A stretch of DNA of 63,720 nt, filler included, from Globobulimina sp. (Eukaryota): assembly GCA_003354225.1 (NCBI GenBank). It is 13 parts of 13 records of this genome, joined end to end, with 100 filler letters (N's around TTAATTAATTAA, not from the genome) between each part and the next. Parts side by side here need not be neighbours in the genome. Positions count along the whole stretch, not along the records: positions 1 to 4,817 come from PIVH01000903.1; positions 4,918 to 9,733 come from PIVH01000904.1; positions 9,834 to 14,648 come from PIVH01000905.1; 10 more parts are not named here. The stretch is one strand, 5' to 3'. Below the pieces are notes generated by a model. It did not search any database and was not told where the DNA came from. It saw only the letters and a list, made by a program, of their open reading frames with translations. Positions 1 to 10,713 of this stretch are shown piece after piece. Position 1 is the stretch's first letter; each line of letters starts with the position of its first letter. The position numbers were made by a program, and so were the translations under genes.

Positions 1-1
1 C

Positions 2-2197
2 CATTTTCCATGGTCATTATCTATTCAAATTATAACCCAATCCGGACAGGAAATCACTATAAATAATGATTGTTTCTTTGATTATAACTGTTTTTTTTAT
101 AAAAACAACAAAGCTTCGCCCATCAGTTTAGGGCCGGGTATCCATGCCATCATATTAGATAAATATGGCTGCAGTAAAGCGTATAAATTGAATAAAGAAC
201 AAGATTTTGCCAGCAAAATAAAGATATCAATCAATATTGGCAATGCATGTTTAGATGACATATATAATAAATCGTCGACTATTAAAGTATTATCCCTCAA
301 AGATATGAAACAATACAGACAATGCGGCATTATTCGCGAGGATCAATTGTATTGTTTTTTTAATGAATCGCCACAAGAACAAGGTTTTACGCGCGTCTTT
401 TGGTCGTTGAAAGAGATCAACAAAGACATTCAGAATTCCTCCCTCGTCCGGCCTTTGCCACATTTCTATGGGGAATTAGCAAAAACAAATGAAGGCTGTA
501 CCTATATCCTATCCAATGATGAATTTAATATCGATTTACAGCAATTTATATTAACAGTACACAGCGCCTATTTAGAGAATATATCGGGGACTGGCTCTGA
601 CGAACACAAATATGCGGAGGATAATTATATGATTGATAGTCGGGGCGGCTTAGTCGATAATAATTCCAACTTGCAATTACGTTCCTGTCTATGGGCAATG
701 GGCATGATTGGATCCAGTAAAACCGGCCTTAATTTATTAAATTCATTGTGTAACAATAGTAATGATATCAATATCATTGATGATATCTGTATATTGGCCA
801 AGGAATCGCCCACATTGTCCATACGTGGCACATGTTTGTATGTATTGGGTTTATTGTCGCAAACACAGATTGGTATGACGCAATTAAGTAAATATGGATT
901 TGGTTTCCCTGCCGATAATATAGAATGCGATTTAGCTGTGGCAATACCGTTAGATATTGATGATTTTTTTATGATGCGTGGCAACGATGATAACTTATAT
1001 GTAAAATCATCGTATACCTTAAATACAAAGATATCCTGTTTCAGTCCACCACATTTATGTCGTCCCGGCAATATGAAACCATTGGATCCGAATGAATTAT
1101 TAGGTAAACCTGGACATACCGAAGAGACCATTTTAGCGCATATATCCTCATTATGTAATAATGTGACGCAGAAATCCTCGGCTTCTGCCTTGCATAGATT
1201 GCGCACAAAGAAAGCGTCTGTTTTTACCAATCCTCTATTATTTCGAGAGGCTATCAAGTTATTAAATACGTATCAATTTAAATTAGCGGCAAAACGGTTT
1301 ATTTTATTTACCTTATTCGATCAGGTTATACTCGATGATAGATATAATTCCATGGATTTGTTTGATGAGTCATTGGATAAAGCAATATTACCATTTAAGC
1401 AAATAAGGGAATGGAGATATACTTATAAGCAACAACTAATCAATAAACCAGCGGCTGCTCCATCACCTCAATATGTTAAGAGAGTATCGAAGAAAGTCGT
1501 GCATAAAATCGTACCAATGCAGCAATCCGTTGTGAGGCCGGTCAAACGAGAGAATGAGGAGGAGGAAGAATCGGTGGTGCACATAAAACATATGACCTAT
1601 ACTAATAAACAGAAAGTAATACCACTGCCACCTGGACCGCCCGCCAGCATAATATCGAAATATAAAAAAAGACATAGTGGGCAGATGCATACAACTATGG
1701 GTGGCCCGATGGGCAATGATCCGAAACAGATTATGGTTCAGAATATGAATAATATGAATTATGGTAATTATAATTACAACAATTACAATTATAATCGGAG
1801 TAATAATACTGAACAAGAGAGAAGGCAACGATCTCATGCCCAAAATAAAGGCATTGTACAAAATACAAATACACCAAATTTTATGGATAATAAATTTCAA
1901 GTACCAAAGCCACCAAATACAAATAGATTTGTTCGAAATAAAAAAAGGAAATGGAGTAATGAGCCACCACCGCCGCCACCAATTGAAAATAGAGAAAAAC
2001 GATCGTTATCAAATAATAAAAAAAATATGGGCAATTTAATACAGCGAAGAATTTCAAAATTAGAAGAAAACGCCAATAAAAATGCAAATTTTTATGATAG
2101 AAATAATGCGGAATATGCCGATTCTATCACTGATCAAATGGCGGGACCAAATCCGTTACAACCGGATCAATCTACAAACTATGAAACAATACAGTAA
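2..2197 (+). CDS. RICTOR: RICTOR/Avo3 (TORC2 subunit), C-terminal part, 5'-truncated
   Basis: Frame open from position 2. Motifs PLPHFYGELAKT, LRSCLWAMGMIGSSKTGLNLL and SPTLSIRGTCLYVLGLLSQT match the Rictor domain-5 region. FREAIKLLNTYQFKLAAKRFILFTLF matches the Rictor C-terminal helices. A Pro/Asn-rich tail follows. Confidence 0.88.
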   Translation, partial: HFPWSLSIQIITQSGQEITINNDCFFDYNCFFYKNNKASPISLGPGIHAIILDKYGCSKAYKLNKEQDFASKIKISINIGNACLDDIYNKSSTIKVLSLKDMKQYRQCGIIREDQLYCFFNESPQEQGFTRVFWSLKEINKDIQNSSLVRPLPHFYGELAKTNEGCTYILSNDEFNIDLQQFILTVHSAYLENISGTGSDEHKYAEDNYMIDSRGGLVDNNSNLQLRSCLWAMGMIGSSKTGLNLLNSLCNNSNDINIIDDICILAKESPTLSIRGTCLYVLGLLSQTQIGMTQLSKYGFGFPADNIECDLAVAIPLDIDDFFMMRGNDDNLYVKSSYTLNTKISCFSPPHLCRPGNMKPLDPNELLGKPGHTEETILAHISSLCNNVTQKSSASALHRLRTKKASVFTNPLLFREAIKLLNTYQFKLAAKRFILFTLFDQVILDDRYNSMDLFDESLDKAILPFKQIREWRYTYKQQLINKPAAAPSPQYVKRVSKKVVHKIVPMQQSVVRPVKRENEEEEESVVHIKHMTYTNKQKVIPLPPGPPASIISKYKKRHSGQMHTTMGGPMGNDPKQIMVQNMNNMNYGNYNYNNYNYNRSNNTEQERRQRSHAQNKGIVQNTNTPNFMDNKFQVPKPPNTNRFVRNKKRKWSNEPPPPPPIENREKRSLSNNKKNMGNLIQRRISKLEENANKNANFYDRNNAEYADSITDQMAGPNPLQPDQSTNYETIQ

Positions 2198-2374
2198 TTT
2201 TGTTTGTATTTGTTTTTTTGTATATTCTACTCAATGTATATTAATTGCATAACCATTTTGTAATAGTTTTTTTTTCTTGTTGTTGCAACATATTATTTTC
2301 ATTTGTTAAATACGGTTTTCGGCTTCAAATTAACTTCTTGTCGACAAGTGAACAGGGAACACCATTTTTACTTA

Positions 2375-3730
2375 TTAAAATGATTGCATTTCATGAAAAT
2401 CGTGCTTAGGTTTGTTTTGGTCACACTTGACAGTCACAAATCTATCTCCTTTTTTCCGAACTTTTCCATCTAAAAAACCAACCAAAATAAAGCGCTGTCC
2501 TTCGGTTATTGGATGTCCAGCATGCAATACTTTGCCACAATGCATGGTACAGTCTCCTTTCTCAATGCAAATCACTTCATTCAGATGTTTAAAATACGTC
2601 CCACCGCCAACAAACTCATTACTATCATTTAATAAAATAACAAAACTAAGCAAAGATCCATCTCGATGCAATGACAATTCATTTTGTTTTAATAGATCAT
2701 ATTTGACAAAAAATAAATCCTTAACACCAATCTCAAAATATTCCCCTTTATCTTTATTGACAGCAAACCGTTGATTCAGTTTATAATTATTTATCATTTG
2801 TGGGTATAATGTTTTGTATAATAACTCTCGAAGATACTCATCCAGCTCATATCCAATCGCATGACTCGGTATATCTGTGGTTGAATAACTTCTATGTCTT
2901 TGTGTTGTCCATCCATTATTATCCCCATATTTCTGCACCACATCCAATATATCTTTACATTTCTTTTCATTCCATAAATTTTTGACAATAAATACTTTGT
3001 TCAATAAATCATTATTTTTAGCAATTAAATCCTTGTTACATTTCTCAAAACGCATTCTTGTTAACTTTGAATCTTGCAAACGTTTGTTTTTTAATCCATT
3101 CTCTCTGTTTTTTATCCATTTATCCGCATTCTCAGTATTATAACTATTATGTTGCAATAATAAATACTTTGCAGCATTATATTTCCTATACATTATGGCA
3201 TTGTCCACAGCATCATTATTTGCAAAGTCTTTGAGGAATAATAATTTATTTTTGTTTAACATTTTATTTTCAAATTCAATTAATATTTTGCAAACTTTTA
3301 ATGCACCGTTCATTGCTGAATAATGCAATACAGTTTTACCACCGGGCTGGAAGTCATTAAATTGAACTAAGAAATCATCAGTAACTGCATATAAATCTAT
3401 TTCATTTGATTTATATTCAAGAATTGTTTTGATTAATTCAATCATATCCATTTGAGCTGCAAAATGCAATGGACTCTGACCATTATCCCAAGGTTCATTA
3501 ATATCCAAATTAACTCCATTTTTAACAATTTCAATTGCGAGTTCTTCATCAATCATAGCAATACAATATCGCAAAAATGATATTCCTTCAATTGTTGCAA
3601 AACGTATTGATCTTTTTTCTTTTAAATAGCGAGAAATTCGTTGGGATGGTTCTTCGCGTTTAGCATCATGCTCTTCTTTGGATTCACCATCATCAACATC
3701 ATTATTTGCCTGTTCAATCACAACATCCAT
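2375..3730 (-). CDS. Ankyrin repeats + 2OG-Fe(II) dioxygenase (lysyl/prolyl hydroxylase-like)
   Basis: Ankyrin motifs GQSPLHFAA and GKTVLHYSA. C-terminal FFVKY..Q..LSLHRDGSLLSFVILLN..FVGGGTYF..LHAGHPITEGQRFILVGF contains the HxD...H iron triad and the 2OG-binding Arg. Confidence 0.85.
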   Translation of the reverse strand: MDVVIEQANNDVDDGESKEEHDAKREEPSQRISRYLKEKRSIRFATIEGISFLRYCIAMIDEELAIEIVKNGVNLDINEPWDNGQSPLHFAAQMDMIELIKTILEYKSNEIDLYAVTDDFLVQFNDFQPGGKTVLHYSAMNGALKVCKILIEFENKMLNKNKLLFLKDFANNDAVDNAIMYRKYNAAKYLLLQHNSYNTENADKWIKNRENGLKNKRLQDSKLTRMRFEKCNKDLIAKNNDLLNKVFIVKNLWNEKKCKDILDVVQKYGDNNGWTTQRHRSYSTTDIPSHAIGYELDEYLRELLYKTLYPQMINNYKLNQRFAVNKDKGEYFEIGVKDLFFVKYDLLKQNELSLHRDGSLLSFVILLNDSNEFVGGGTYFKHLNEVICIEKGDCTMHCGKVLHAGHPITEGQRFILVGFLDGKVRKKGDRFVTVKCDQNKPKHDFHEMQSF

Positions 3731-3887
3731 CGAAAAAAAAAAACTGAATTAGAAGTTTTGGAACATTTATGTTTTTGTGTTTCATTTTAGTTGTACGTTC
3801 ATGGGAACATTCATAAAAAACAAGAATGAAATAATAGTTGATTTGAAAAATTGAATTCAATGAAATGATTAAATTTATGATAAATTC

Positions 3888-4085
3888 CTATGGTAAGCCA
3901 TGAGATCCAAGAATTGGAACTAAATCGCCAATGCGTGGCTGTCTACTTTGTGGTCTCGGGCCTTGTGGTGAATCTTCCACATATTTATGTGTTCCGCTAT
4001 TTAATCCTTTATACACAGCAAAGGGTATCCATACATAAAATATTGAATAGTTTACAATCCATTGATATTTCCTTCTAAATGCCAT
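3888..4085 (-). CDS. TOM7: Tom7-like mitochondrial outer-membrane translocase subunit
   Basis: 65 aa with ATG start. IFYVWIPFAVYKGL resembles Tom7 HYGWIPFVLYLG, and the C-terminal P..DLVPIL resembles P...LLSPL. Confidence 0.65.
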   Translation of the reverse strand: MAFRRKYQWIVNYSIFYVWIPFAVYKGLNSGTHKYVEDSPQGPRPQSRQPRIGDLVPILGSHGLP

Positions 4086-4361
4086 TGCAGATTTATATGT
4101 TTCTCCGAATTTACTTAATTTCTCCTATTTACATAAACACAAATGTCAATAAGAAATCTCTAGAAAATTCCAATTTCACATTGAATTAATTCGAATGTTA
4201 GAACAACAAAACTGGTGGAGCTTGCTTGGTTGGAGGTCTTCTTGGAAAGCCGAACGGTGTTCCTCTTTGCATTGTGTCCTTAGGATTTGTTCAAAGCTGA
4301 AAGTCAGTGAAATACCTATTCACTTAAATAAAATTTTCTGAATGTTTAAAAATTATTAACC

Positions 4362-4817
4362 ATGTTTCAGTTGGTATATTCTAGCAATGATGGCTTACAA
4401 TGCCAATTCGATCAATGTCAAAAGAAAATTAAAGAATTAAAGAAATGCATAGATGAAAAAGTCAAATCTCACGATAAAGTAATACTGAAAACAAAAGCAA
4501 ATAAGAAACTTGATAATGACGAATTGCATAGATTACCAACGAAAGAATTTAAATTAAAATGTAAATTCCATGGTCATTTTGATAAAATATATGCGTTATC
4601 ATGGGATCCAAGGCCATATTCAAACAAATTATTGTCTGCGTCAAAAGATGGCCATCTCATAATATGGAATGTTGAAACCAATAAAAAAGAGTTGGTAATA
4701 CCATTAGAAACAGCAGGCACTGTCTCTTATGCCTATTCGCCAAATGGTTTGTATATATGCAGCGGAGGTATGGATAATACCATATCTCTTTTTAACATCG
4801 AGAATTCAATCGGGTGG
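4362..4817 (+). CDS. Divergent heterotrimeric G-protein beta-like WD40 protein, 3'-truncated
   Basis: N-terminal coiled coil, then FHGHFDKIYALSW..LLSASKDGHLIIWN..IPL..AYSPNG..SGGMDN, colinear with G-beta WD1-WD2. Confidence 0.8.
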
Positions 4818-4917
4818 NNNNNNNNNNNNNNNNNNNNNNNNNNNNNNNNNNNNNNNNNNNNTTAATTAATTAANNNNNNNNNNNNNNNNNNNNNNNNNNN
4901 NNNNNNNNNNNNNNNNN
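4818..4917. other. Artificial contig linker
   Basis: N44-TTAATTAATTAA-N44, with stop codons in all six frames. Confidence 0.98.
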
Positions 4918-5273
4918 TATATATGATTTGGTATGGTATCATCAATTTGTATTTCCTTCCACACTCTTATTGAACGAATGATATTCCACACACTTATTGT
5001 CAATGCATTGCGGAATTTATAATCATATGACATATCAGCTTTGCCACTGATTCCTCCTTTTAAGAATGGTTTTGCATTTTCACGCCACTCTGATAATGCT
5101 TGTTGATTGAATTTAGACCAATATAATTGTTGAAGGTAAAATGTCCATATATACAGAGCTTTCTTCAGAAACAATAGGCTTCTTTTAAATTTTTTGGTTT
5201 TGAATAGCAGCAAATATAGCAACACTGTTGCCGGAATGCTGAGACCCAACAAACATTTGGACTTGGAGCTCAT
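4918..5273 (-). CDS. Hypothetical protein with N-terminal membrane anchor, 3'-truncated
   Basis: ATG at 5273 gives MSSKSKCLLGLSIPATVLLYLLLF followed by a basic patch. Open to the contig end. Confidence 0.4.
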
Positions 5274-5295
5274 GGGCCCATTGAGCTTGTATTGA

Positions 5296-6672
5296 GTAAA
5301 AAACGTCTTTTCAGCAAAGGGATGCAAATATGGTGAAAAGTGTAATTTTTCACATTCGAATCCTAAATCTATTCCTATTTGCAAATCATTCTTGTTACAA
5401 AAGTGTCGTTATGCTGGTAAATGTAAATTTTCTCATACAGACTCTTCATCGAATTCTCAAGCACAACACAAAAGACATGACTGTAACAAACAAAATGTGC
5501 AGCAAAAAGCCAAAAGCAAAATATGTCGAGCATATGAGCAGAATAAGTGTCGATACGGAAATAAATGTAGATTTCTGCATTCTGATCATGAACAAACACT
5601 GTACAAAGAAAATGGCAACAATACACATAGAAAATCAATAAAACATACTGAAAAAAAACAAATATGTGGATATGGAAATAAATGCAAATTTGTGCATTCA
5701 TTTGAAAAGAATAATGGCAAAGAAAATATACAGTTGGAAAATTTAGGTATTTGTTTGAAATATATTGCCATTGCAGACACTCCAAATCATATCATATCCA
5801 ATACATTGTATTATTATTATGTGCCATCAGCATCATCAAAATATATATTATTTAGTCGCGTTATAAATGATATAACCACTGAATATCATACAGATGTTGT
5901 CATTGACATTGATTCAAGGGACACAATATCGGAATATTGCTGTGGTGTAATTGAAGGGGAAAATTTATTTATTCAACAAAGAAATGTTATTTATAAATGT
6001 ATGAATACAAATGTACTGTTAAAAAGTAATAAATATGTGTGTGAATATAAAACAATCGATACAATATTGCTGCGAGATTATGAAAATAGTATTCAATTAA
6101 TATCGGATGATTATGATATAGATTCAACATATTATACAATTCATGAAATATGTATTTGTAATGAGTATATTATGTCATTTACATTATATGTTTGTACAAC
6201 GAATCTTTTCAAGATTACTGATATTCAAATATTTGATGTGAGTAAAAATCAAATGGAATGTGTATACCATGTAAATAAATATAATACATTGAAAATGGAG
6301 TATATGGAAAAGAAGCTATCGTTTGGGCAATTTTATTGGTTCAATAAAAGAGCATTGTTTTATGAGGAATACAATGCAAAAACTGGTCTTGGTCAGTTTT
6401 GTGTTGGTTGGGATGGCATTGATTTATATAAATCAAATAGAAATATATTGGGGAATTATTTGAATGGAATTGATCATTTGGTTGATATTGTATTTCAATA
6501 TGTTTCTACCTTTAATTTTATTGATAAAAAAAGAATCATATTTAAGAATATTAAAAATATTCAAATTGATAAAAGTAATGCTATTTTATATATAAGTTAT
6601 TTCAGGAAAAGTGACACAAAAAAACAAATGAGAAAACGAGCAATGCATTGTTATCAAATTTTGTGTAAATGA
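5296..6672 (+). CDS. Tandem CCCH zinc-finger protein, start unresolved
   Basis: Four CCCH-type units: GCKYGEKCNFSH, CKSFLLQKCRYAGKCKFSH, CRAYEQNKCRYGNKCRFLH and truncated CGYGNKCKFVH. Frame is open from 5296. The C-terminus is beta-rich. Confidence 0.75.
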   Translation, partial: VKNVFSAKGCKYGEKCNFSHSNPKSIPICKSFLLQKCRYAGKCKFSHTDSSSNSQAQHKRHDCNKQNVQQKAKSKICRAYEQNKCRYGNKCRFLHSDHEQTLYKENGNNTHRKSIKHTEKKQICGYGNKCKFVHSFEKNNGKENIQLENLGICLKYIAIADTPNHIISNTLYYYYVPSASSKYILFSRVINDITTEYHTDVVIDIDSRDTISEYCCGVIEGENLFIQQRNVIYKCMNTNVLLKSNKYVCEYKTIDTILLRDYENSIQLISDDYDIDSTYYTIHEICICNEYIMSFTLYVCTTNLFKITDIQIFDVSKNQMECVYHVNKYNTLKMEYMEKKLSFGQFYWFNKRALFYEEYNAKTGLGQFCVGWDGIDLYKSNRNILGNYLNGIDHLVDIVFQYVSTFNFIDKKRIIFKNIKNIQIDKSNAILYISYFRKSDTKKQMRKRAMHCYQILCK

Positions 6673-6783
6673 GTATCAGTTTTTCATTGTGGTGTGTTAT
6701 TGATGCGCCTTATTCACTTAATTTTTATTTTATGTATACTTTACTGAGTAGTAACAAAAAAACTTTATCTTACCTGACTTACC

Positions 6784-8404
6784 ATGCATATGCCAGATTC
6801 AACAAAATGGATTTTATTTGCTTGTTATACATCCGTTGCGTGGTTTTTTTTAGCACCATATTGTTGTTATTTTACACACCAATTTTATAAGGAGAAGGGT
6901 AATATTATAATTGATAAAAGATATCCCATTTTAGTGATCATATTCTGTGTGTTTACAGTTTTCTCGTTTTCTATGGAAGGACCGTTAGTTTTATTGTCTC
7001 ATATTGTGGTTGAGGGCAAACCAGAACAATACATGAGTCGCATGACCAAACACAATCAAAATACTACAACAAATATTAATTTATTAATAATTTATTTATC
7101 GATTATCTGCAATCATATAACCGTAGGTTCCACCGCATGGCTCATGGCATTAAGATATTGGTTGATATATTTCCAGATTGAATGGACCAAATCCACAGAA
7201 AATAAAACATGGAAAATCCATTTAAATCATATAGACATTGATAAAGATTGGTTTTTAACTAAAAAAGCGACATTTGGCAATTTGAAGTATTGTTTATTAC
7301 GCTTTCTGCTATTTATTTTTCTTATTACTGTTTTTTCATTAATTGTCCGATTAAGGTATGAATCATCTGAATGTGGTACTTTTTGTAGCTAATTCGTCTG
7401 ATTATGTTTCTCAGTGCAAAAAATGCAACACAATCAAAAACAATCTCTTTCTGTATTGTATGATAAGTCCGCTGAACAATTCGCCAGTTGTCACAACATT
7501 GTTTTCTTTATTTTTAACCATATGTCCAGTGGTAATTGTATTTATTTTAGCATTTAAAATCCGAACATGGACAGATAAATTTTATATTGTCCATGAACTA
7601 AAAACCATGGCTTTGCTGTATATTCTAATGATGATTATCTATATAATATGCGGTGCTGTGATACCATCCATGTTTCATTTTACTGCATTTGACCGAACGT
7701 TCTCTGTTATTATTCTTCGATCCATCGGATCTATATTCGGTGTATATGTACAAACAATGTATACACTGAAAAATATATCCAATGATTCAGCACTTCATAA
7801 TAGTTTGCCACGAAGCGGTGCAAAGTTAGAAAGAAGTGATACGTCGAGTTATCAGCAGTTATTCGTGGCCATATTTAGTGATATTGATAAATTTGAACCT
7901 TTTATGCAACATTTAGCAAAGGAGTGGAGTATGGAATTATTATTAGCAGCGGTTGAAATGTCACAATTGCAGTGTATTATACAAAGTGCGTTTAGTAATA
8001 TAAAGATGGAATTAGTTAATATTGCACCACAAACCGCGTTATTGCAAAATAAGCAGATTCCATTATCATTTATTGTGCATCATAAGGAAATAAAAGAGAT
8101 TCTCCAAATGTATAATATCGCATTAACAGAGGGAGAGTATGATATTAATGCTGATAAAATGATTGAATTTAAAATGAGAGCATATGCGTTATATTCAAAG
8201 TATATCGAAGGCGATGAGTTAGAAATAAATATCTCATTTAAACAAAAACATAAATTGCGAGAATTATTTATGGATAATCCAAATTATTTTATACAACGAT
8301 TAAATATAAAGCCATTGGAATTATTTGAATTGTTTAATGATGTAATTCTTGAAATATTTAGACTTTTACGTGATTCCCATTATAGATTTTCTAATTTTTC
8401 TTAA
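6784..8404 (+). CDS. 7TM-RGS protein (multi-TM receptor-like domain fused to an RGS domain)
   Basis: Hydrophobic helices with IDKRYP after TM1. RGS motifs FMQHLAKEWSMELL, LYSKYI..ELEINIS and EIFRLLRDSHYRF. A GT-AG intron at 7356-7467 restores the frame between the two ORFs. Confidence 0.82.
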
Positions 8405-8499
8405 GATTGTTTCGATTTTTTGTCCAGTTGAAATTAATTATTCCTTACATAATAATATTTTCGCAAGAAAAAAACCTCTCGATATATATACCAATTAAC

Positions 8500-9289
8500 A
8501 TGGCAGAGGCTAAAGCGGATAAAATTGACAAAAACAAAAGTTTGTTATTCCATTACTAATTAATTTTTGCATTTTAATCGATCACATGTTCGCTCAGAAT
8601 CAGATACCACTGATGATAATGAGGAGAATGCATGGAAGTATCCATCAGAAATCATAGTGGATGAGTTGTATTTGGGAGATATGAATATGGCACAAAATGA
8701 AATGATGTTAACTCAATTGGGTATCACGCATATTGTAAATGTAACAATGTTTCAAAACTGGTTTGAAGGAAAAATCAAATATCTAAATATAAAAATTTAT
8801 GATTCTGTGAATGAACCAATACTGAAATATTTCGACCAAGTAATAGCATTCATTGATATTGCATTAAATGAAAATTACAATAAAAATGATAAGATTAAGA
8901 ATAAGAATAAAATATTTGTGCATTGCGCTCAAGGAGTGAGCAGATCGGCGACTATGATTATTGCATATTGTATGAAGCGATATTTATGGAGTTTTGATGA
9001 TGGCTTTCAATTTGTGCTAAGGAAGAGGCAATGCATTAATCCAAATCAAGGTTTTATTTCCGCATTAAAGGAATTTGGAGCAAATGATTATGAAATAAAA
9101 GAAAATGATGGCGGCGATTTTAAAGAAACAAATGATAAACGAAAAGAAAGGGAATTCAATGAACAGTTTTATCGGGAAATAAAGAAATATAAATGCGAAG
9201 ATTGTGCTGTTATATTAAATAATAATTATCAGATGCAACAGCATATGGAACAGACTAATTTTGATCATTGCATGTTTGATGAAGTTTGA
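8500..9289 (+). CDS. Dual-specificity phosphatase with C-terminal C2H2 zinc finger
   Basis: Exon 8500-8539, frame-consistent intron 8540-8597. Motifs PSEI..LYLG, IYD loop, VHCAQGVSRS and R..INPN.GF. Tail CEDC..QQHMEQTNFDH. Confidence 0.9.
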
Positions 9290-9395
9290 TTATTTTCAAT
9301 TATATATTTGTATTCTTTGTTGATATTTTGAAGGGTCGGAGAGAAGTCATTGAACAGAGTGAATTAATTAAAAAAAAAAGGATGAACGCACCTTA

Positions 9396-9733
9396 GTGAC
9401 AAAATGGCGATTTATAGAAGCTGACATATTAGATAAAAATGTTGAGAAAAAAGAAAATGACTCGCGATCGCCAAGGAATGTACCAAAGCAACAAAGTGAT
9501 GAAAATTTTGACGATGATAATGATTTGGAAGCGATTGAAATACTGTGTCAGAAAATCAGAGATAAATATGAGAGTGTTAACTGTTTATCACACAAACAAT
9601 TAGAAAAGAAAAAAGCTGTGGATTATATAAAAAAACAAATTGATGTGTATCATGAACTACAAAAATCTGATTTACGACAGAGATCCAAAGAAAAAAAATT
9701 CCCTAAATTTACACGCAATGAACGTAAAACTTT
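9396..9733 (+). CDS. Hypothetical charged protein fragment
   Basis: Open frame running to the contig end. No recognisable motif, start uncertain. Confidence 0.35.
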
Positions 9734-9833
9734 NNNNNNNNNNNNNNNNNNNNNNNNNNNNNNNNNNNNNNNNNNNNTTAATTAATTAANNNNNNNNNNN
9801 NNNNNNNNNNNNNNNNNNNNNNNNNNNNNNNNN
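9734..9833. other. Artificial contig linker
   Basis: N44-TTAATTAATTAA-N44. Confidence 0.98.
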
Positions 9834-10555
9834 TCCTTTATTTGGTTAAAATGTCCGTAAAAATGAATCAATGTATTCAATAATTGGATGCTTTGAATGC
9901 TGTCAATATTGTTATTATAATTGCGAGTATTTATAATCTGTTGACCGGTTAAAAAGTCATTTAAATTGACACATAATTTGATTGCCAAAACATTGGATCT
10001 CTCATTCAATGCAATCAATCCGTCGCTGTCATATTCTCGATACATTGCCAATGCTTTCTCATTCTCCTTGTTATCAATCAGCACTTTCAACATTGCATTG
10101 AGAATCGCCACATCTTTGTTATGCTTTGCAATGGATTGGAAAATATTAATTGCGGTTGGAATATCAGCAAAATGGCCGTAAAAAGAAATCAATGCAGTTT
10201 TAATCATTATATTATTTTGCAATGATTCTTTTGCTATTTTAGCATGGATTTCTTTTCCTTTCTCCATATTATTTGATTCGATGCAACATTTTATTAGCAA
10301 TGGAAAAGCGATATTGTTATTTGTTTCTTGTACTAAAAATTTGATATCATTCCAGATTAACCATATTTTCTCCGATTGTTTGTAAAATAAACACAATTTG
10401 GCCATAGTATTAATCAGATAATAATCTTTCATATCATGCGGTACTTTATTATATATTTTGAATCCATCTTCAACGATTTTAATGCTATTCTTGATTGAGT
10501 TACCTCCGTATAACTTTTTTATTGATACAGCAGCTGTCTGAGATGAGTTTTTCAT
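9834..10555 (-). CDS. Pentatricopeptide-repeat (PLS-like) protein, 3'-truncated
   Basis: Repeats such as FPLLIKCC..MEKGKEIH, IKTALISFYGHFADIPTAINIF, DVAILNAMLKVLIDNKENEKALAMY and LLNTLIHFYGHF. Confidence 0.85.
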
Positions 10556-10713
10556 TCAGTGACCATGATAAAACTAAGGATTAAAAACTGTGATTACTAA
10601 AACATTTTCAGTTGCAAAGCACAACTGGAATCATAACAGAAAAGGTGTACGTCGGTTTCAAAAGCACTATAAACGGATATATACAGTAATACACTCTATC
10701 AGTATAGCTAGAT

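Noticed and set aside
4198-4272. Short minus-strand ORF MQRGTPFGFPRRPPTKQAPPVLLF
   Set aside because: Only 24 codons with no recognisable family. Cannot be supported.
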